Origin: Promethearchaeota archaeon
GTDB lineage: Archaea; Asgardarchaeota; Lokiarchaeia; Sigyniarchaeales; SOKP01
NCBI GenBank assembly: GCA_048938025.1
Contig: JBHLMP010000020.1
Span: 1 to 57,835 of the forward strand
Direction of reading: 5' to 3'
DNA: 57,835 bases
Shown here: positions 9,739 to 20,012 of the stretch, piece after piece
Layout of the letters: every line of letters starts with the position of its first letter
Numbering within the stretch: position 1 is the stretch's first letter
Notes under the pieces: model-generated
Databases searched by the model: none
What the model saw: only the letters and a program-made list of their open reading frames with translations
What the model was told of the DNA's origin: nothing
Program-made: the position numbers and the translations under genes

Positions 9739-12700
9739 TTATTTTAATTGACTCTTAAGAGTATCTGCATTCTTTTTTATTATACCAGCTAAACTTGACT
9801 GGTTAGCCCCTATCTTCTCTAAAACTTTTAATGCCTCATCAAATTGCTTTAATGCTTTAGGTTTTTTGCCCTGGTTTTTATAAATTAATCCAATACTATG
9901 TAAAACTTCCGCTCGACCCTCTAGATCTCCAAGTATACTAAAATCTTCTATTGCTTCTTCAAAATATTTTAAGGATTTTCGATAAAACTCTTGTTCCATA
10001 TAAAGAGATCCGATTTTATTGAGAAAATTTGCTTTTGCCTTAATATCATTTTGATTTTCAGATAGACTAAGCCCCTCTTCATAATATCTCAATGCTTCTT
10101 CATATGATTTCTGTTCGCTCATAATTAATCCTAAATTCTCAAATGTCTCAATCATTCCTTCATTATTCTCAAGATGTTTAAATATTCGAAGTGCCTCTTC
10201 AGATCTTTCCAAAGCCTCATCAAATCTTCTTTGATTAAAGTAAATCATACCTATATTTTTAATTGAATTAGCCTTTTCTTTCAAGTTACCAATTTGTTCA
10301 TTAATTTTTAATGCTGCTTCATATTGAGTTAATGCTCTTGAATATCTTTTTTGTATTCTATAAATTTCTCCTATATTTATTAATCGTTTTGCTCTTCCCA
10401 GTAAATTACCTAATTCATCATCAATTTCTAATCCTTTTTCATATTGGTTTAGTGCATCATTATATTTTTCTTGATACTGATAAATATTTCCTATAGTTTC
10501 AAGGATATTAGCTTTCATTTCAAGATTTCCTAGTTTTTCAGCAACTTGAAGTATATTTTCATATTGTTTTAGAGCTTCGTCATACCTCTCTTGATATTGA
10601 TAAACATTTCCGATAATTTCTAAGATTTTGGCTTTTTCTTCGAAGTTTTCTAATTCTTCAGTAATAAAGAGTGCTTCATCAAACCATCTTAGGGCTTCAG
10701 GATAATTAACTTGATCTAGATACACATTGCCAATAGTTTTAAGAATTTTCGCTTTCATTGATAAATCTTCTAACTGTTCAGAAATTAATAGTACTTCTTC
10801 AAAATTTTTTATAGCCATATCATAATTTATTTGATAAAGATAATTAAGCCCTATATTAGTAATTGCTATGGTTTTTCCTTCAAGATTTCTCATTTTTTCA
10901 TAAATAGTTAAGGTTTCTTCGAATTTTTTGAAAGCATCGGAATAATTTCCTTGGTCTTGATCAATCAAACCAAGATTTGTAAGAGCTTTGGCTTTTCCCT
11001 TAAGATTTCCTTGTTGTTCATACACATTTAAGGCTTCTTCAAACCGACTCAAAGCTTCAGGGTAATTTCCTTGATCGAGATAAATTACTCCAATATTATT
11101 GATACTATCTGCATATCCAACATCATTCTTTAAATCCAAATAGATAGTTACTGCATCTTCAAATCTTTTTAAAGCTTCCTTATAATTGCCCTGTTCACTA
11201 TAAATTAATCCAATCTTGTTGAGATAAGCGGCTTTATCTCCCAATCTGCTTAGTTTTTCAGAGATCTCTAACATTTTTTCATATCTCCTAATTGCCTTGG
11301 GATAAGCTTTTTGTTTAACATAAATGCTTCCACTCTTTTTAAGAATACTTGCCTTTCCTTCAATGATGCCCAATTCATCTATAATCTGTAAAGCATTTTC
11401 ATATTGTTCTAATGCAGCTGGAAAATTTTTTTGTTTCTTATAAATATTTCCAATATTGAATAATAATCGTGCTTTATCCTCCAAATTACCTGTTTGCTCA
11501 ATGATATTTAGAGCTTCTTGAAATTGGTTTATAGCTTTAGTTAAATTCCATTGATTTGTATAGATTAAGCCATTGTTAAACAGACATTCAGCTTTTCCTT
11601 CTATATTTCCTAATTTTTCAAAAAGAGGAAGCGCTTCTCCAAACTCTTTTAAAGCTTTTCTATGGTAACCTTGCCTTCTAAATATTGTACCTATTTTTAA
11701 TTTAGAATTTGATTTCCCTATTAAATCTCCTAACTCATCATAAATCTTCAACGCCTCTTGAAAAGCATCGAGAGAATCAGAATATTTGTGTTGAATATTA
11801 AGTATATTTCCAATTTTTCGTAGAGTATTAGCTTTTTCTCTTAAATTACCCATTTTATTGTATATTTTAATTAAATCTTCATATTTTAATATTGTTTCAT
11901 CAAAATTCCCCTGCTCCTGATAAATTTGCCCTAAATTATTAAGATCGTGTGCTATCCTTGCAAAATTTTTTAACTTTTCATCAATCTTTAAAGCTTCATT
12001 AAAATATTCTAATGCTTTAATATAATTTCTTTGACTATGATAGATTACTCCGATATTACCCATATTTAATGCTTTAGCTGTAAAATTTTTTGTAGTTTCT
12101 GCAATTTGAAGTGCTCCCTCAAAAGAATTTAGTGCTTCCGGGAATTTTTCTTGATCCTTATAAATTAAACCTATTTTATTTAATAATGTCGCTCTTAGGT
12201 TTAAATTACCTGATTCTTCAGAAACGCTAATTAGTTCTTTGAGGCATCCTAATGCTTCATTATATTCATTAAGAAAAAAATAAATTTTGTAAGAAATAGT
12301 GTTTTTAGTAATATCATCAATAATTTTAAGATTTTCTTTGAACCAATCTAAAATGTCTATAGAGAAGTTTTCTTTACTCATCTCTGGCTTAATATCTAAT
12401 AATTCTTCAAAAAATTTCGTTGTATTTGTATTTATGCGATATATATTTACATCGTAATTTATTTGTTTTATTTCATTTAGTATATAATCGACATTATCCA
12501 ATTTTTCTAAGGATTGAATTCGCTTAGCATCAACTTCATAAATTTCTTCCTTTCCCTTTTCTCCAATATGATTAATCCAAATGATGTTTCTAAGATTCTT
12601 TAAGACTTTAAGTGTAGGAATAATATCATTATCATTCTGACCAGAATAGCCTACAATAATAAGTGAACGTTCATTTGTGATATTATCAAATAAAGGACGT

Positions 12701-13329
12701 TTATATGGTTCTAATTGAAATATATTTAAACTTTCTTTATTAAAACCTAATAATTTAATTGTATCAGATAAATAATCGCTAGTATCTTCCTCAAAAATAA
12801 TATTTTTAGCTGAGCCATGGATCTTATATAGTGAAAATCTTCCACTTTTCAACAATTTAATAGGATCACTATATTTTCTAAAATCTTTTTCAGTAATGAC
12901 AGTAACTATCCTTTTTTTCATCAAATTAGATTGTAATAGAGCATATTCGATTAAAAAATCGAAATTCGTAGTTATTACAAAAGCCCCTTTTTTAATCATT
13001 TCTGCAATAAAATAGTGTTGAATATTTGGTTTATCGCATAATCCATAATAGTCAATAATCATTAGTTCCTCATCTAAACAATCACGAATAATATCTAAAA
13101 TTGTTTCAAGTCTTAAGTTTTTTAATTTTAAGATTTTCTCTATCTCTGATTTAGAACAACTATACTTGACGATGTTTTTTATCATTTCACTGCTGGCTGG
13201 TAGACATGATGGTGGGTCGATTGAACAACCAGCTCCTACTAGGAATGTTAAATTTTCACCTTTTTTCAATAAATCACGTATGTTAAACTTCGATTCATTA
13301 TTTACAGACGTCATTTTTTTCGCACTCAT
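9739..13329 (-). CDS. SIR2-like domain fused to a long TPR array
   Basis: FLVGAGCS, ITTNFD, LYKIHGS and VGYSG SIR2-like motifs in the first ~260 aa, then about 20 repeats of ~40 aa (N.G.IY..QG.Y..AL..FE.AL.I.E.LG). Confidence 0.85.
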   Translation of the reverse strand: MSAKKMTSVNNESKFNIRDLLKKGENLTFLVGAGCSIDPPSCLPASSEMIKNIVKYSCSKSEIEKILKLKNLRLETILDIIRDCLDEELMIIDYYGLCDKPNIQHYFIAEMIKKGAFVITTNFDFLIEYALLQSNLMKKRIVTVITEKDFRKYSDPIKLLKSGRFSLYKIHGSAKNIIFEEDTSDYLSDTIKLLGFNKESLNIFQLEPYKRPLFDNITNERSLIIVGYSGQNDNDIIPTLKVLKNLRNIIWINHIGEKGKEEIYEVDAKRIQSLEKLDNVDYILNEIKQINYDVNIYRINTNTTKFFEELLDIKPEMSKENFSIDILDWFKENLKIIDDITKNTISYKIYFFLNEYNEALGCLKELISVSEESGNLNLRATLLNKIGLIYKDQEKFPEALNSFEGALQIAETTKNFTAKALNMGNIGVIYHSQRNYIKALEYFNEALKIDEKLKNFARIAHDLNNLGQIYQEQGNFDETILKYEDLIKIYNKMGNLREKANTLRKIGNILNIQHKYSDSLDAFQEALKIYDELGDLIGKSNSKLKIGTIFRRQGYHRKALKEFGEALPLFEKLGNIEGKAECLFNNGLIYTNQWNLTKAINQFQEALNIIEQTGNLEDKARLLFNIGNIYKKQKNFPAALEQYENALQIIDELGIIEGKASILKKSGSIYVKQKAYPKAIRRYEKMLEISEKLSRLGDKAAYLNKIGLIYSEQGNYKEALKRFEDAVTIYLDLKNDVGYADSINNIGVIYLDQGNYPEALSRFEEALNVYEQQGNLKGKAKALTNLGLIDQDQGNYSDAFKKFEETLTIYEKMRNLEGKTIAITNIGLNYLYQINYDMAIKNFEEVLLISEQLEDLSMKAKILKTIGNVYLDQVNYPEALRWFDEALFITEELENFEEKAKILEIIGNVYQYQERYDEALKQYENILQVAEKLGNLEMKANILETIGNIYQYQEKYNDALNQYEKGLEIDDELGNLLGRAKRLINIGEIYRIQKRYSRALTQYEAALKINEQIGNLKEKANSIKNIGMIYFNQRRFDEALERSEEALRIFKHLENNEGMIETFENLGLIMSEQKSYEEALRYYEEGLSLSENQNDIKAKANFLNKIGSLYMEQEFYRKSLKYFEEAIEDFSILGDLEGRAEVLHSIGLIYKNQGKKPKALKQFDEALKVLEKIGANQSSLAGIIKKNADTLKSQLK

Positions 13330-13512
13330 TAAAAAATATAAATTTTCAATTAAATTAAGTTAAATGATTCTTTTTATTCTTAAAAAGTTTATTTTAAAAC
13401 TTATATCCTAATTTTTTGAAAGGATTTTGCACAAGTATCCATCTTATTATATTAATTTTGTTGTTTGAAAAAGTAAAATTTTAACTTTTTTCTTATATTT
13501 CCTTAATTTAGA

Positions 13513-14364
13513 ATGAAATTAGAAGATTGGCACACGCACAGTGCTCTTTGTCACCATGCGGTTGGCTCCATTGAAGATTACATAAGAAAAGCTATTGAAC
13601 TTGAATTAAATACAATTGGTATATGCGATCATTTTCCCTTTGAATTCTTAAAGAAAATTGAACGAATTCCATACGAAAATTATGCTATGACTTTAGATGA
13701 GATTAAGAATTATTTATCAACAGTAGAATCTTTAAAAGAGAAATCTAAAAAAACTATAAATGTAAGAATCGCATTTGAAGTAGATTTTGTTGAGAATCAA
13801 GAATCTACTCTTAATATCCACCTTTGCAAATATAAACATCATTTAGATTACATCTTAGGTTCAATTCATCTTTTAAATTTCCATGATGGAAGAGGAGCAT
13901 GGGCTTTTGATGATAGTAGATTTAAAAATGATTATAACTATTATGGTTCTGACAAAGTTTATATGGAGTATTACAAGACTGTACAAAAAATGTTAAATTC
14001 CAATGATTTCGATTTTGATATCATAGCTCATTTTGATTTACCTAAGAAATTCAACGATATCCCTAATAATAAAGAAAAAGTAAATAATGAGGTGATGAAA
14101 ACCTTAGGTCTTATTAAAAAAAGAGATGTTGTAATGGAAATAAATTCAAGTGGATTAAGGAAAGATGCAAAAGAGCAATACCCAAGTAAAGAAATTATTC
14201 AAGAGATGTATGATCTTGATATTCCAATATTATTAGGCTCTGATGCTCATGATCCTATTTATATCGCTTGGGAATTTGAAAATATTATTAATATGTTAAA
14301 AAAGATAGGATATAATCATCTTGTTCACTTTAAGAAAAGAAATAGAACTTATATTGAAATATAA
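13513..14364 (+). CDS. hisK: Histidinol-phosphatase HisK/HisJ family (PHP domain)
   Basis: DWHTHS, ICDHFP, DYILGSIH, AHFDLPK, EINSSG and GSDAH motifs. Confidence 0.8.
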   Translation: MKLEDWHTHSALCHHAVGSIEDYIRKAIELELNTIGICDHFPFEFLKKIERIPYENYAMTLDEIKNYLSTVESLKEKSKKTINVRIAFEVDFVENQESTLNIHLCKYKHHLDYILGSIHLLNFHDGRGAWAFDDSRFKNDYNYYGSDKVYMEYYKTVQKMLNSNDFDFDIIAHFDLPKKFNDIPNNKEKVNNEVMKTLGLIKKRDVVMEINSSGLRKDAKEQYPSKEIIQEMYDLDIPILLGSDAHDPIYIAWEFENIINMLKKIGYNHLVHFKKRNRTYIEI

Positions 14365-14451
14365 TCAATAAAAATTATTACTTTTTCAAATAAATGAAAA
14401 ATAAGTGAAAGAAAAACGCCCTATTTTTAAAAAGTAGCTAGATAGGAATTT

Positions 14452-15375
14452 TTAAATCCCTCTACTCTGCAACCATCCTTCCATAGTTAGCGAATTGAAG
14501 AGACGAATATGTTTTGAATCTTTAGTATGAATTGCTAAATGATTATTCTCAGAATTTCCTTTAACAGCAATGAACATTTCCTCACCATCTCTCACTATGA
14601 CATATCTATCCTCACGTTCATAACTTCTTAGAGTAATATTATCAAGACTAGTAAACTCATCTAATAATTCAGAATGTTCATCTATTCCCGGATTAATTAA
14701 ACAAGAGACCCTCATACTTACAGACGACTTCACTTCATAAAGATATAAATCTTGTAAATCAACAATATTAGGAACAACAATCATGACATTGTGTAAACCT
14801 TTTTCTAGAATCTCCCTCATTTTTTTAAGAATTTCAGATCTTGTAATTTCAGTTTTAGTGAAATCAATGATTTTTGAACCTGATATGCTTGATTGTGCTT
14901 GTCTTAATTTCTCGTTTTCTAATTCTAATGTCTCTAAATCGACATCTGCTTTAGATAATTCATCATTTAAAATTTCTATCTCTTTTTGGAGTTTGTAGAT
15001 TTTTTCATCTTTTTCTTTAAGAATATTTTCGGCAGTCACAGATGATCCATGTGCTTTTAACTCCTCCTCTTTTAATTTAATTGTTTTTCCTAAAGTAACT
15101 ATTTTTTCATCTTTTGCTTTTGATGAATCTTCTAAAGTTTTGATTTGCTGATCTTTTAATTCTAATGAATCATGAATAGTCTTTATTTGATCACCCTTTA
15201 ACTTTATTGAATCTTTGAGAGAATTTATAAGATTATCTTGAGTTTGAAATTTTTCATTTAATTTGTGTATAGATTCTTCAACTTTCCTTAATGTTTCATC
15301 TTTTTTTTCAATTTCAGCTTGTAGTTTATCTATGATTGCGTCTTTAGATTCATCATTTACCATTATGATATTCAC
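14452..15375 (-). CDS. Coiled-coil protein with C-terminal TrmB/PLD-like alpha/beta domain
   Basis: Heptad-rich first ~160 aa; C-terminal pattern (VIVRDGEEM...AIHTKD) like TrmB effector/PLD-like folds, no HKD motif; start may be ATG at 15363. Confidence 0.55.
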   Translation of the reverse strand: MNIIMVNDESKDAIIDKLQAEIEKKDETLRKVEESIHKLNEKFQTQDNLINSLKDSIKLKGDQIKTIHDSLELKDQQIKTLEDSSKAKDEKIVTLGKTIKLKEEELKAHGSSVTAENILKEKDEKIYKLQKEIEILNDELSKADVDLETLELENEKLRQAQSSISGSKIIDFTKTEITRSEILKKMREILEKGLHNVMIVVPNIVDLQDLYLYEVKSSVSMRVSCLINPGIDEHSELLDEFTSLDNITLRSYEREDRYVIVRDGEEMFIAVKGNSENNHLAIHTKDSKHIRLFNSLTMEGWLQSRGI

Positions 15376-15608
15376 GAAATCTTTTATATATATTAATAAA
15401 AAAGTTCAGCTTAAAATATATTTTCTATATTTTTAAAGTATTTAAAATCTTGAAACATTTGAAATTGAACTACATTTTTCATTTTTAATATAAAACTAAA
15501 TTAATAAGATTATCCTAGAAAGTTCAGATAATAATCTATAATAAAGTTTTATGATTATTACTTGATTATTAGAATACATTTTTATTTTTATAAGAAGAAA
15601 ATAACATT

Positions 15609-16346
15609 ATGGAAAAACATGATAATATGATAAAAGATTTAGAATCGGATGTCTCTGAACTGATTGAAAAAGAACTTCAATCAGCACCAGCTATTCTCGG
15701 TATTAATGTTGGAACGCCTGAAGGAACTAAAATTGCGAGTAAGTTCAAAAGAGAGTTAAAAATGTCGATGAGTGAAGTAACGGCCGCTAGTAGTAGCCTT
15801 GTTTTTCTATCATCAAAAATTTTGAAGGATTCATTAAACCAAAAGATTTCTTATCACTTAATTACTGGAAAAGAAAAAATAATCCATTCTATTTTAACAG
15901 AAAACATTACGATGATTTCCTATCTGAATCGAGAATTAGCAGAACTCGAAGGACTAAATACTTACATAAATAATTTATATAAGTTAAGCCTACAGATATC
16001 AGCAATTATAGAAACTTCTGATATCCTCAAAGAACAAGTTTTTGTAGCTATAAAGAGAGCAATTCCTAACGCACTTGTTATAGCTATTATTACAAAAGAT
16101 GGTTTACCAATCAAAATTCAAGCAACTATGCCTGAACCTATACTATCAGCTATTACTTCCGCAATTTACAATCTAGCTGGTGTTTTATTAGAAGAAGGAT
16201 TAGAGTTTTCGATAATTGGAGGAGAAAATGGTTCAATTATTATTCATGAACTAGATGAGAATCGTATATTGGCAATGGCGGTTCCAGAGGCAGATGAAAG
16301 GAAATTAGGTTCTTACATTGCTAAAATAAAAGCAATTATTCAATAA
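15609..16346 (+). CDS. Tandem Roadblock/LC7 domain protein
   Basis: Two repeats of the Roadblock pattern (GINVGTPEGTKIAS; IAIITKDGLPI...LSAITSAI...IIGGENGSIII). Confidence 0.75.
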   Translation: MEKHDNMIKDLESDVSELIEKELQSAPAILGINVGTPEGTKIASKFKRELKMSMSEVTAASSSLVFLSSKILKDSLNQKISYHLITGKEKIIHSILTENITMISYLNRELAELEGLNTYINNLYKLSLQISAIIETSDILKEQVFVAIKRAIPNALVIAIITKDGLPIKIQATMPEPILSAITSAIYNLAGVLLEEGLEFSIIGGENGSIIIHELDENRILAMAVPEADERKLGSYIAKIKAIIQ

Positions 16347-16356
16347 TATTTAAAAT

Positions 16357-17607
16357 TTAATAAATAATATTTTTAATTTTATCTATTATCTTCAACGCGC
16401 CAAAATAAGATTCTGAGAAATTCTTTCCCTTAAATAAGACAGTACATAAAGGTTCTTCTTTTAAGATATTCTTAATAGGCTCAGTTTTATCATGAACAGA
16501 TTCAAGATTATTAACTTTTTTCAATAATTCTTTATCTATTTCTTTTGGAGCAAAAAATATTAATTTTGTAGCAAATCCACTTATTTGTTTTGATCTAATC
16601 TTATTTTTTACATATTCCCATTTTTCTGGATTAAAACTTTGAATATGTAAATCTAAAAGGTTTAAATCTAAAACTTCTTCAGAAGCTCTTATACTCCCTG
16701 GAATTCGTGGATTTATTTCCATTAAATATGGATAATGGTTTTTTAACACAAAATCAAATCCATTAATACCTTTTAAACCTAGTATTTTCGTTAAAATTAA
16801 TGAAATTTCAGAAATTAATTTGTTATCCTCTTTTAATAAATTTGCTGGAACAATATTTCCACAATATACAAAATCTCCTGGGGGATTAAGAAATTTTTCT
16901 CCAATTATTTGACGGTTAATAGAAATAATTTCGCATTCAGCACCATTGGATATAATAGTGCAACTTACAGGTATTCCTTCAATAAATTCTTGAATTAACC
17001 AATCAGATGGATTAAATCCTTTTACTTTTAATATTTTTAAAAGAAAACTTAATTTTTCATTATTTTCAATTTTAAAAACATTTAATCCTCCTGCACTCCT
17101 CTTCTTTTTTAAAATAAAAGGAAAATCAATTCCTATCTTGTTTTTTCCCTTAAATCTCTTATAAGAAACAGATATGGGCACATTAAATTTCTTAGATTTG
17201 AGATATTCATATATATTTTCAATATCTCGAGCATTTTTAATTATTTCTAAATCATTATTAACATTTTGAACTTTTAACTCTTTTTCTTTAATCTCTTTTA
17301 AAATAAATTCCCTTCCGTCATAATTGTCATCTAAACCACTCCCAATTAATAAATAATTGATGTTTTTATGTTTTCTAAGCATTTCTATTGTAAAATGGAC
17401 TAAAAATTCACCATACTGATCTTTCAGAAATTCATAATTAGATTCTAACTCTTTTGTAATGATTATGTAATCCTTAACATAAGGATATAGATCTAAATCT
17501 CCAAAAAAATCTACTGTATAAACACGATAATCAGCTAATTTCAAAGATTTAGCTAAAGGTCGAGTATTAAATCCTACTACCAAAATTGAATTTATTTTTG
17601 CAACCAT
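16357..17607 (-). CDS. ATP-grasp domain protein (COG2232-like, often linked to C1-cofactor biosynthesis)
   Basis: VDFFGDLD, FPFILK...AGG, IQEFIEG, YCGN, GINGFDF and EINPR motifs. Confidence 0.8.
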   Translation of the reverse strand: MVAKINSILVVGFNTRPLAKSLKLADYRVYTVDFFGDLDLYPYVKDYIIITKELESNYEFLKDQYGEFLVHFTIEMLRKHKNINYLLIGSGLDDNYDGREFILKEIKEKELKVQNVNNDLEIIKNARDIENIYEYLKSKKFNVPISVSYKRFKGKNKIGIDFPFILKKKRSAGGLNVFKIENNEKLSFLLKILKVKGFNPSDWLIQEFIEGIPVSCTIISNGAECEIISINRQIIGEKFLNPPGDFVYCGNIVPANLLKEDNKLISEISLILTKILGLKGINGFDFVLKNHYPYLMEINPRIPGSIRASEEVLDLNLLDLHIQSFNPEKWEYVKNKIRSKQISGFATKLIFFAPKEIDKELLKKVNNLESVHDKTEPIKNILKEEPLCTVLFKGKNFSESYFGALKIIDKIKNIIY

Positions 17608-17650
17608 TAATTAGAGATAGTAATAAAATTTCATTGAAATCTATTTCGGT

Positions 17651-19855
17651 TTAAAGAATTTTCTTCAATTCTAAAATCAAAGAAGAAGGATTATACTTAT
17701 CAAATTTATATACTTCTGCATTACCATATTTTTTAAAGTTCTTTTTAATATTATCTGCGGAATAAGTGTGTACTCCCAAAGCCTGAGTAGCATAGGATTT
17801 TTTAGGTTCTAATACAACTAGATGAACTTTCTGTTTTGATAATTTTTTTGTAAGATCCTTCAATTCTTCTGTTATTAGGGCATAATCATTTTCTATTTGT
17901 GCTATTAAATTAGGATATTTTACTGAAATATTTGCACCACAGTCGGAAAATATAAAAATTACGGGGATAATATTTCGATTCTTTAATTTCTCTGCTTTTA
18001 TTAAATCTGAACATTTTTTTAGTGCTGCTGCCATTGGAGTATAAGACTTTCCCTCTATCTTTTTCAATTTAATTACAGCACTTTTGAAATTTACTGTAGG
18101 TTTTTGAAGAACAATTGCTTCTTTACCTCTAAAAACAATTAAAGCAATTTTATCCTTTTTACGATATCCTTCTTTATGGAGAGATAATATAACATCAGTC
18201 ATTTGCTTAATTACGTAATACATTGATGCAGAACTATCAAGAACAAAAAAGAGGATTAATGGAGCACGGTATTCATAAATTTTATCCTTTAAATCATATT
18301 TATTAAAATGTAATGGAAATTCAATGTCACTTTGATTATATATTTTATTTTTCAAATAACTTCTTATAGTTGCATCTAAAGCAATACTTTTGGGAAGCAG
18401 ATTGATTGGCTTCCTATATGAAACATATCTTCCTTTTTGTGAAGAAGATATTTTAATCCGTCTTCCTATACCTCTTCCTCCGTAATCAGAGATTTTTCGA
18501 TCCTTTCTAATATTATCCAATATTGAGGTCATCTTTTTTTCCATTTTATAAATAAATGGCATATTTCTTGATTTGTCCTCAAAAAATTTAAAGTCATTAC
18601 TTTCTCTGGGAATATTTTTTACTTTCCATCCTCCTGCAGGTTTAGGACTCCTTTTTTTGTTATCAGGGTATTTAGGAGGGGGCAATTTCTGTTCTTTTGT
18701 CTCAGGGATATCAACTTTATTTGGATCTACCGACTGTCGTTTAAATTCTTTTTGAGGAGTATCATCATATTTTAAAGGACCTTCTGTATCTTTACTAGGT
18801 TGGTATGCTTTTGGATCCTCATAGGCTTTTTGGATTTTACCATAGACTTCCGCGATTTTTGCTTTCACTTCGACAGGGGTCATCTCATAATGAAGAGAAA
18901 GAATTCTATGTTCAAATACTAAGTCCATCGCAACATCTAAATCTTCTTCGTTAATAATTTTCCTATCATTAAATGCAGCATGAGCTCGAACACACCGGAT
19001 AAATGTTATATCTGCTCTTTGAGAAAAGATCTCTAACTCATTGACAATTTTTGAAACAAATTCATAAACAGAAGCAGGAATCTGAACTTCTTGAAGAATT
19101 TCTCGAGCCCTAACAATTCTATGTTTTAAAATCTCTTGTTCAGTTTCATATTGTTTAATAAACTCTTTAGGATTATCATCAAACTCAATGACTTTTTTTG
19201 TTATTTCTGCTCGAAGTCTATTGTCTCGGGGGGCCGAGATACGAACTTCTAATCCTAACCTGTCCGCTATTTGGGGTCTTAATTCCCCCTCTTCAGGATT
19301 CATTGATCCGACAAGAACAAATCTTGAAGGATGTGTTACAGATATCCCTTCTCGCTCAATGATATTTATACCTGAGGCTGAAGCATCTAAAAGTGTATCG
19401 ACGATATGATCTTGAAGTAAATTAATTTCGTCAATATATAAAATTCCTCTATTTGCTTTAGCTAATAACCCAGGATGAAGTTCTGATGTTCCCTCTGTTA
19501 ATACTCTATCAATTGATAGTGAACCACAAACCATATCTTCTGTAACACCAAGAGGGAGATTAACGATTCGCATCTCTCGAAATTCAGTTTCAATTTCTTT
19601 TTTCTTTTTTAATCTGCAATCTTCACAGAGATCATCAATATTTGACTTAGGATCACAGGAAAACGGACAATCTTTAATAACTTCAATATCTGGCATAACT
19701 TCAACCAAAGATCTTACAGCTGTAGATTTTCCCGTACCTTGATGTCCTGTTAAAAGTACTCCTCCAATTTGAGGATCGATGACATTTAGTATTAATGCCA
19801 TCTTCATCTTATCTTGTCCTAATATAGCCGTAAAAGGATAATTTATTTTTCTCAT
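17651..19855 (-). CDS. Mg/Co-chelatase ChlI/ChlD-like AAA+ ATPase with C-terminal vWA domain
   Basis: YPFTAILGQD, Walker A GHQGTGKS, YIDEINLL, GSMNPEEGELRPQ, Pro-rich linker, MIDAS DSSASM. Confidence 0.9.
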   Translation of the reverse strand: MRKINYPFTAILGQDKMKMALILNVIDPQIGGVLLTGHQGTGKSTAVRSLVEVMPDIEVIKDCPFSCDPKSNIDDLCEDCRLKKKKEIETEFREMRIVNLPLGVTEDMVCGSLSIDRVLTEGTSELHPGLLAKANRGILYIDEINLLQDHIVDTLLDASASGINIIEREGISVTHPSRFVLVGSMNPEEGELRPQIADRLGLEVRISAPRDNRLRAEITKKVIEFDDNPKEFIKQYETEQEILKHRIVRAREILQEVQIPASVYEFVSKIVNELEIFSQRADITFIRCVRAHAAFNDRKIINEEDLDVAMDLVFEHRILSLHYEMTPVEVKAKIAEVYGKIQKAYEDPKAYQPSKDTEGPLKYDDTPQKEFKRQSVDPNKVDIPETKEQKLPPPKYPDNKKRSPKPAGGWKVKNIPRESNDFKFFEDKSRNMPFIYKMEKKMTSILDNIRKDRKISDYGGRGIGRRIKISSSQKGRYVSYRKPINLLPKSIALDATIRSYLKNKIYNQSDIEFPLHFNKYDLKDKIYEYRAPLILFFVLDSSASMYYVIKQMTDVILSLHKEGYRKKDKIALIVFRGKEAIVLQKPTVNFKSAVIKLKKIEGKSYTPMAAALKKCSDLIKAEKLKNRNIIPVIFIFSDCGANISVKYPNLIAQIENDYALITEELKDLTKKLSKQKVHLVVLEPKKSYATQALGVHTYSADNIKKNFKKYGNAEVYKFDKYNPSSLILELKKIL

Positions 19856-20012
19856 TAATATGACTGTTATTTTTGGAGTTTAATTGATTTAATTTTTTAC
19901 TTAGAAACTCTTCTAATTAAAGAAAATATCAAATTAAATAAAGATTTTCCTATAAACCATAGATTAATATTAGGTTTAGGTTAATTTTTATTAAGAATTT
20001 ATTATAATTGTT

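Noticed and set aside
9739-12250. Regular ~120-bp periodicity as a CRISPR array or DNA repeat
   Set aside because: It is degenerate coding repetition from 40-aa TPR units, with no identical direct repeats or spacers.
17651-19855. Programmed frameshift of the kind reported in some chlD genes
   Set aside because: The gene is one continuous frame here and I could not identify a supported slippery site in the linker.
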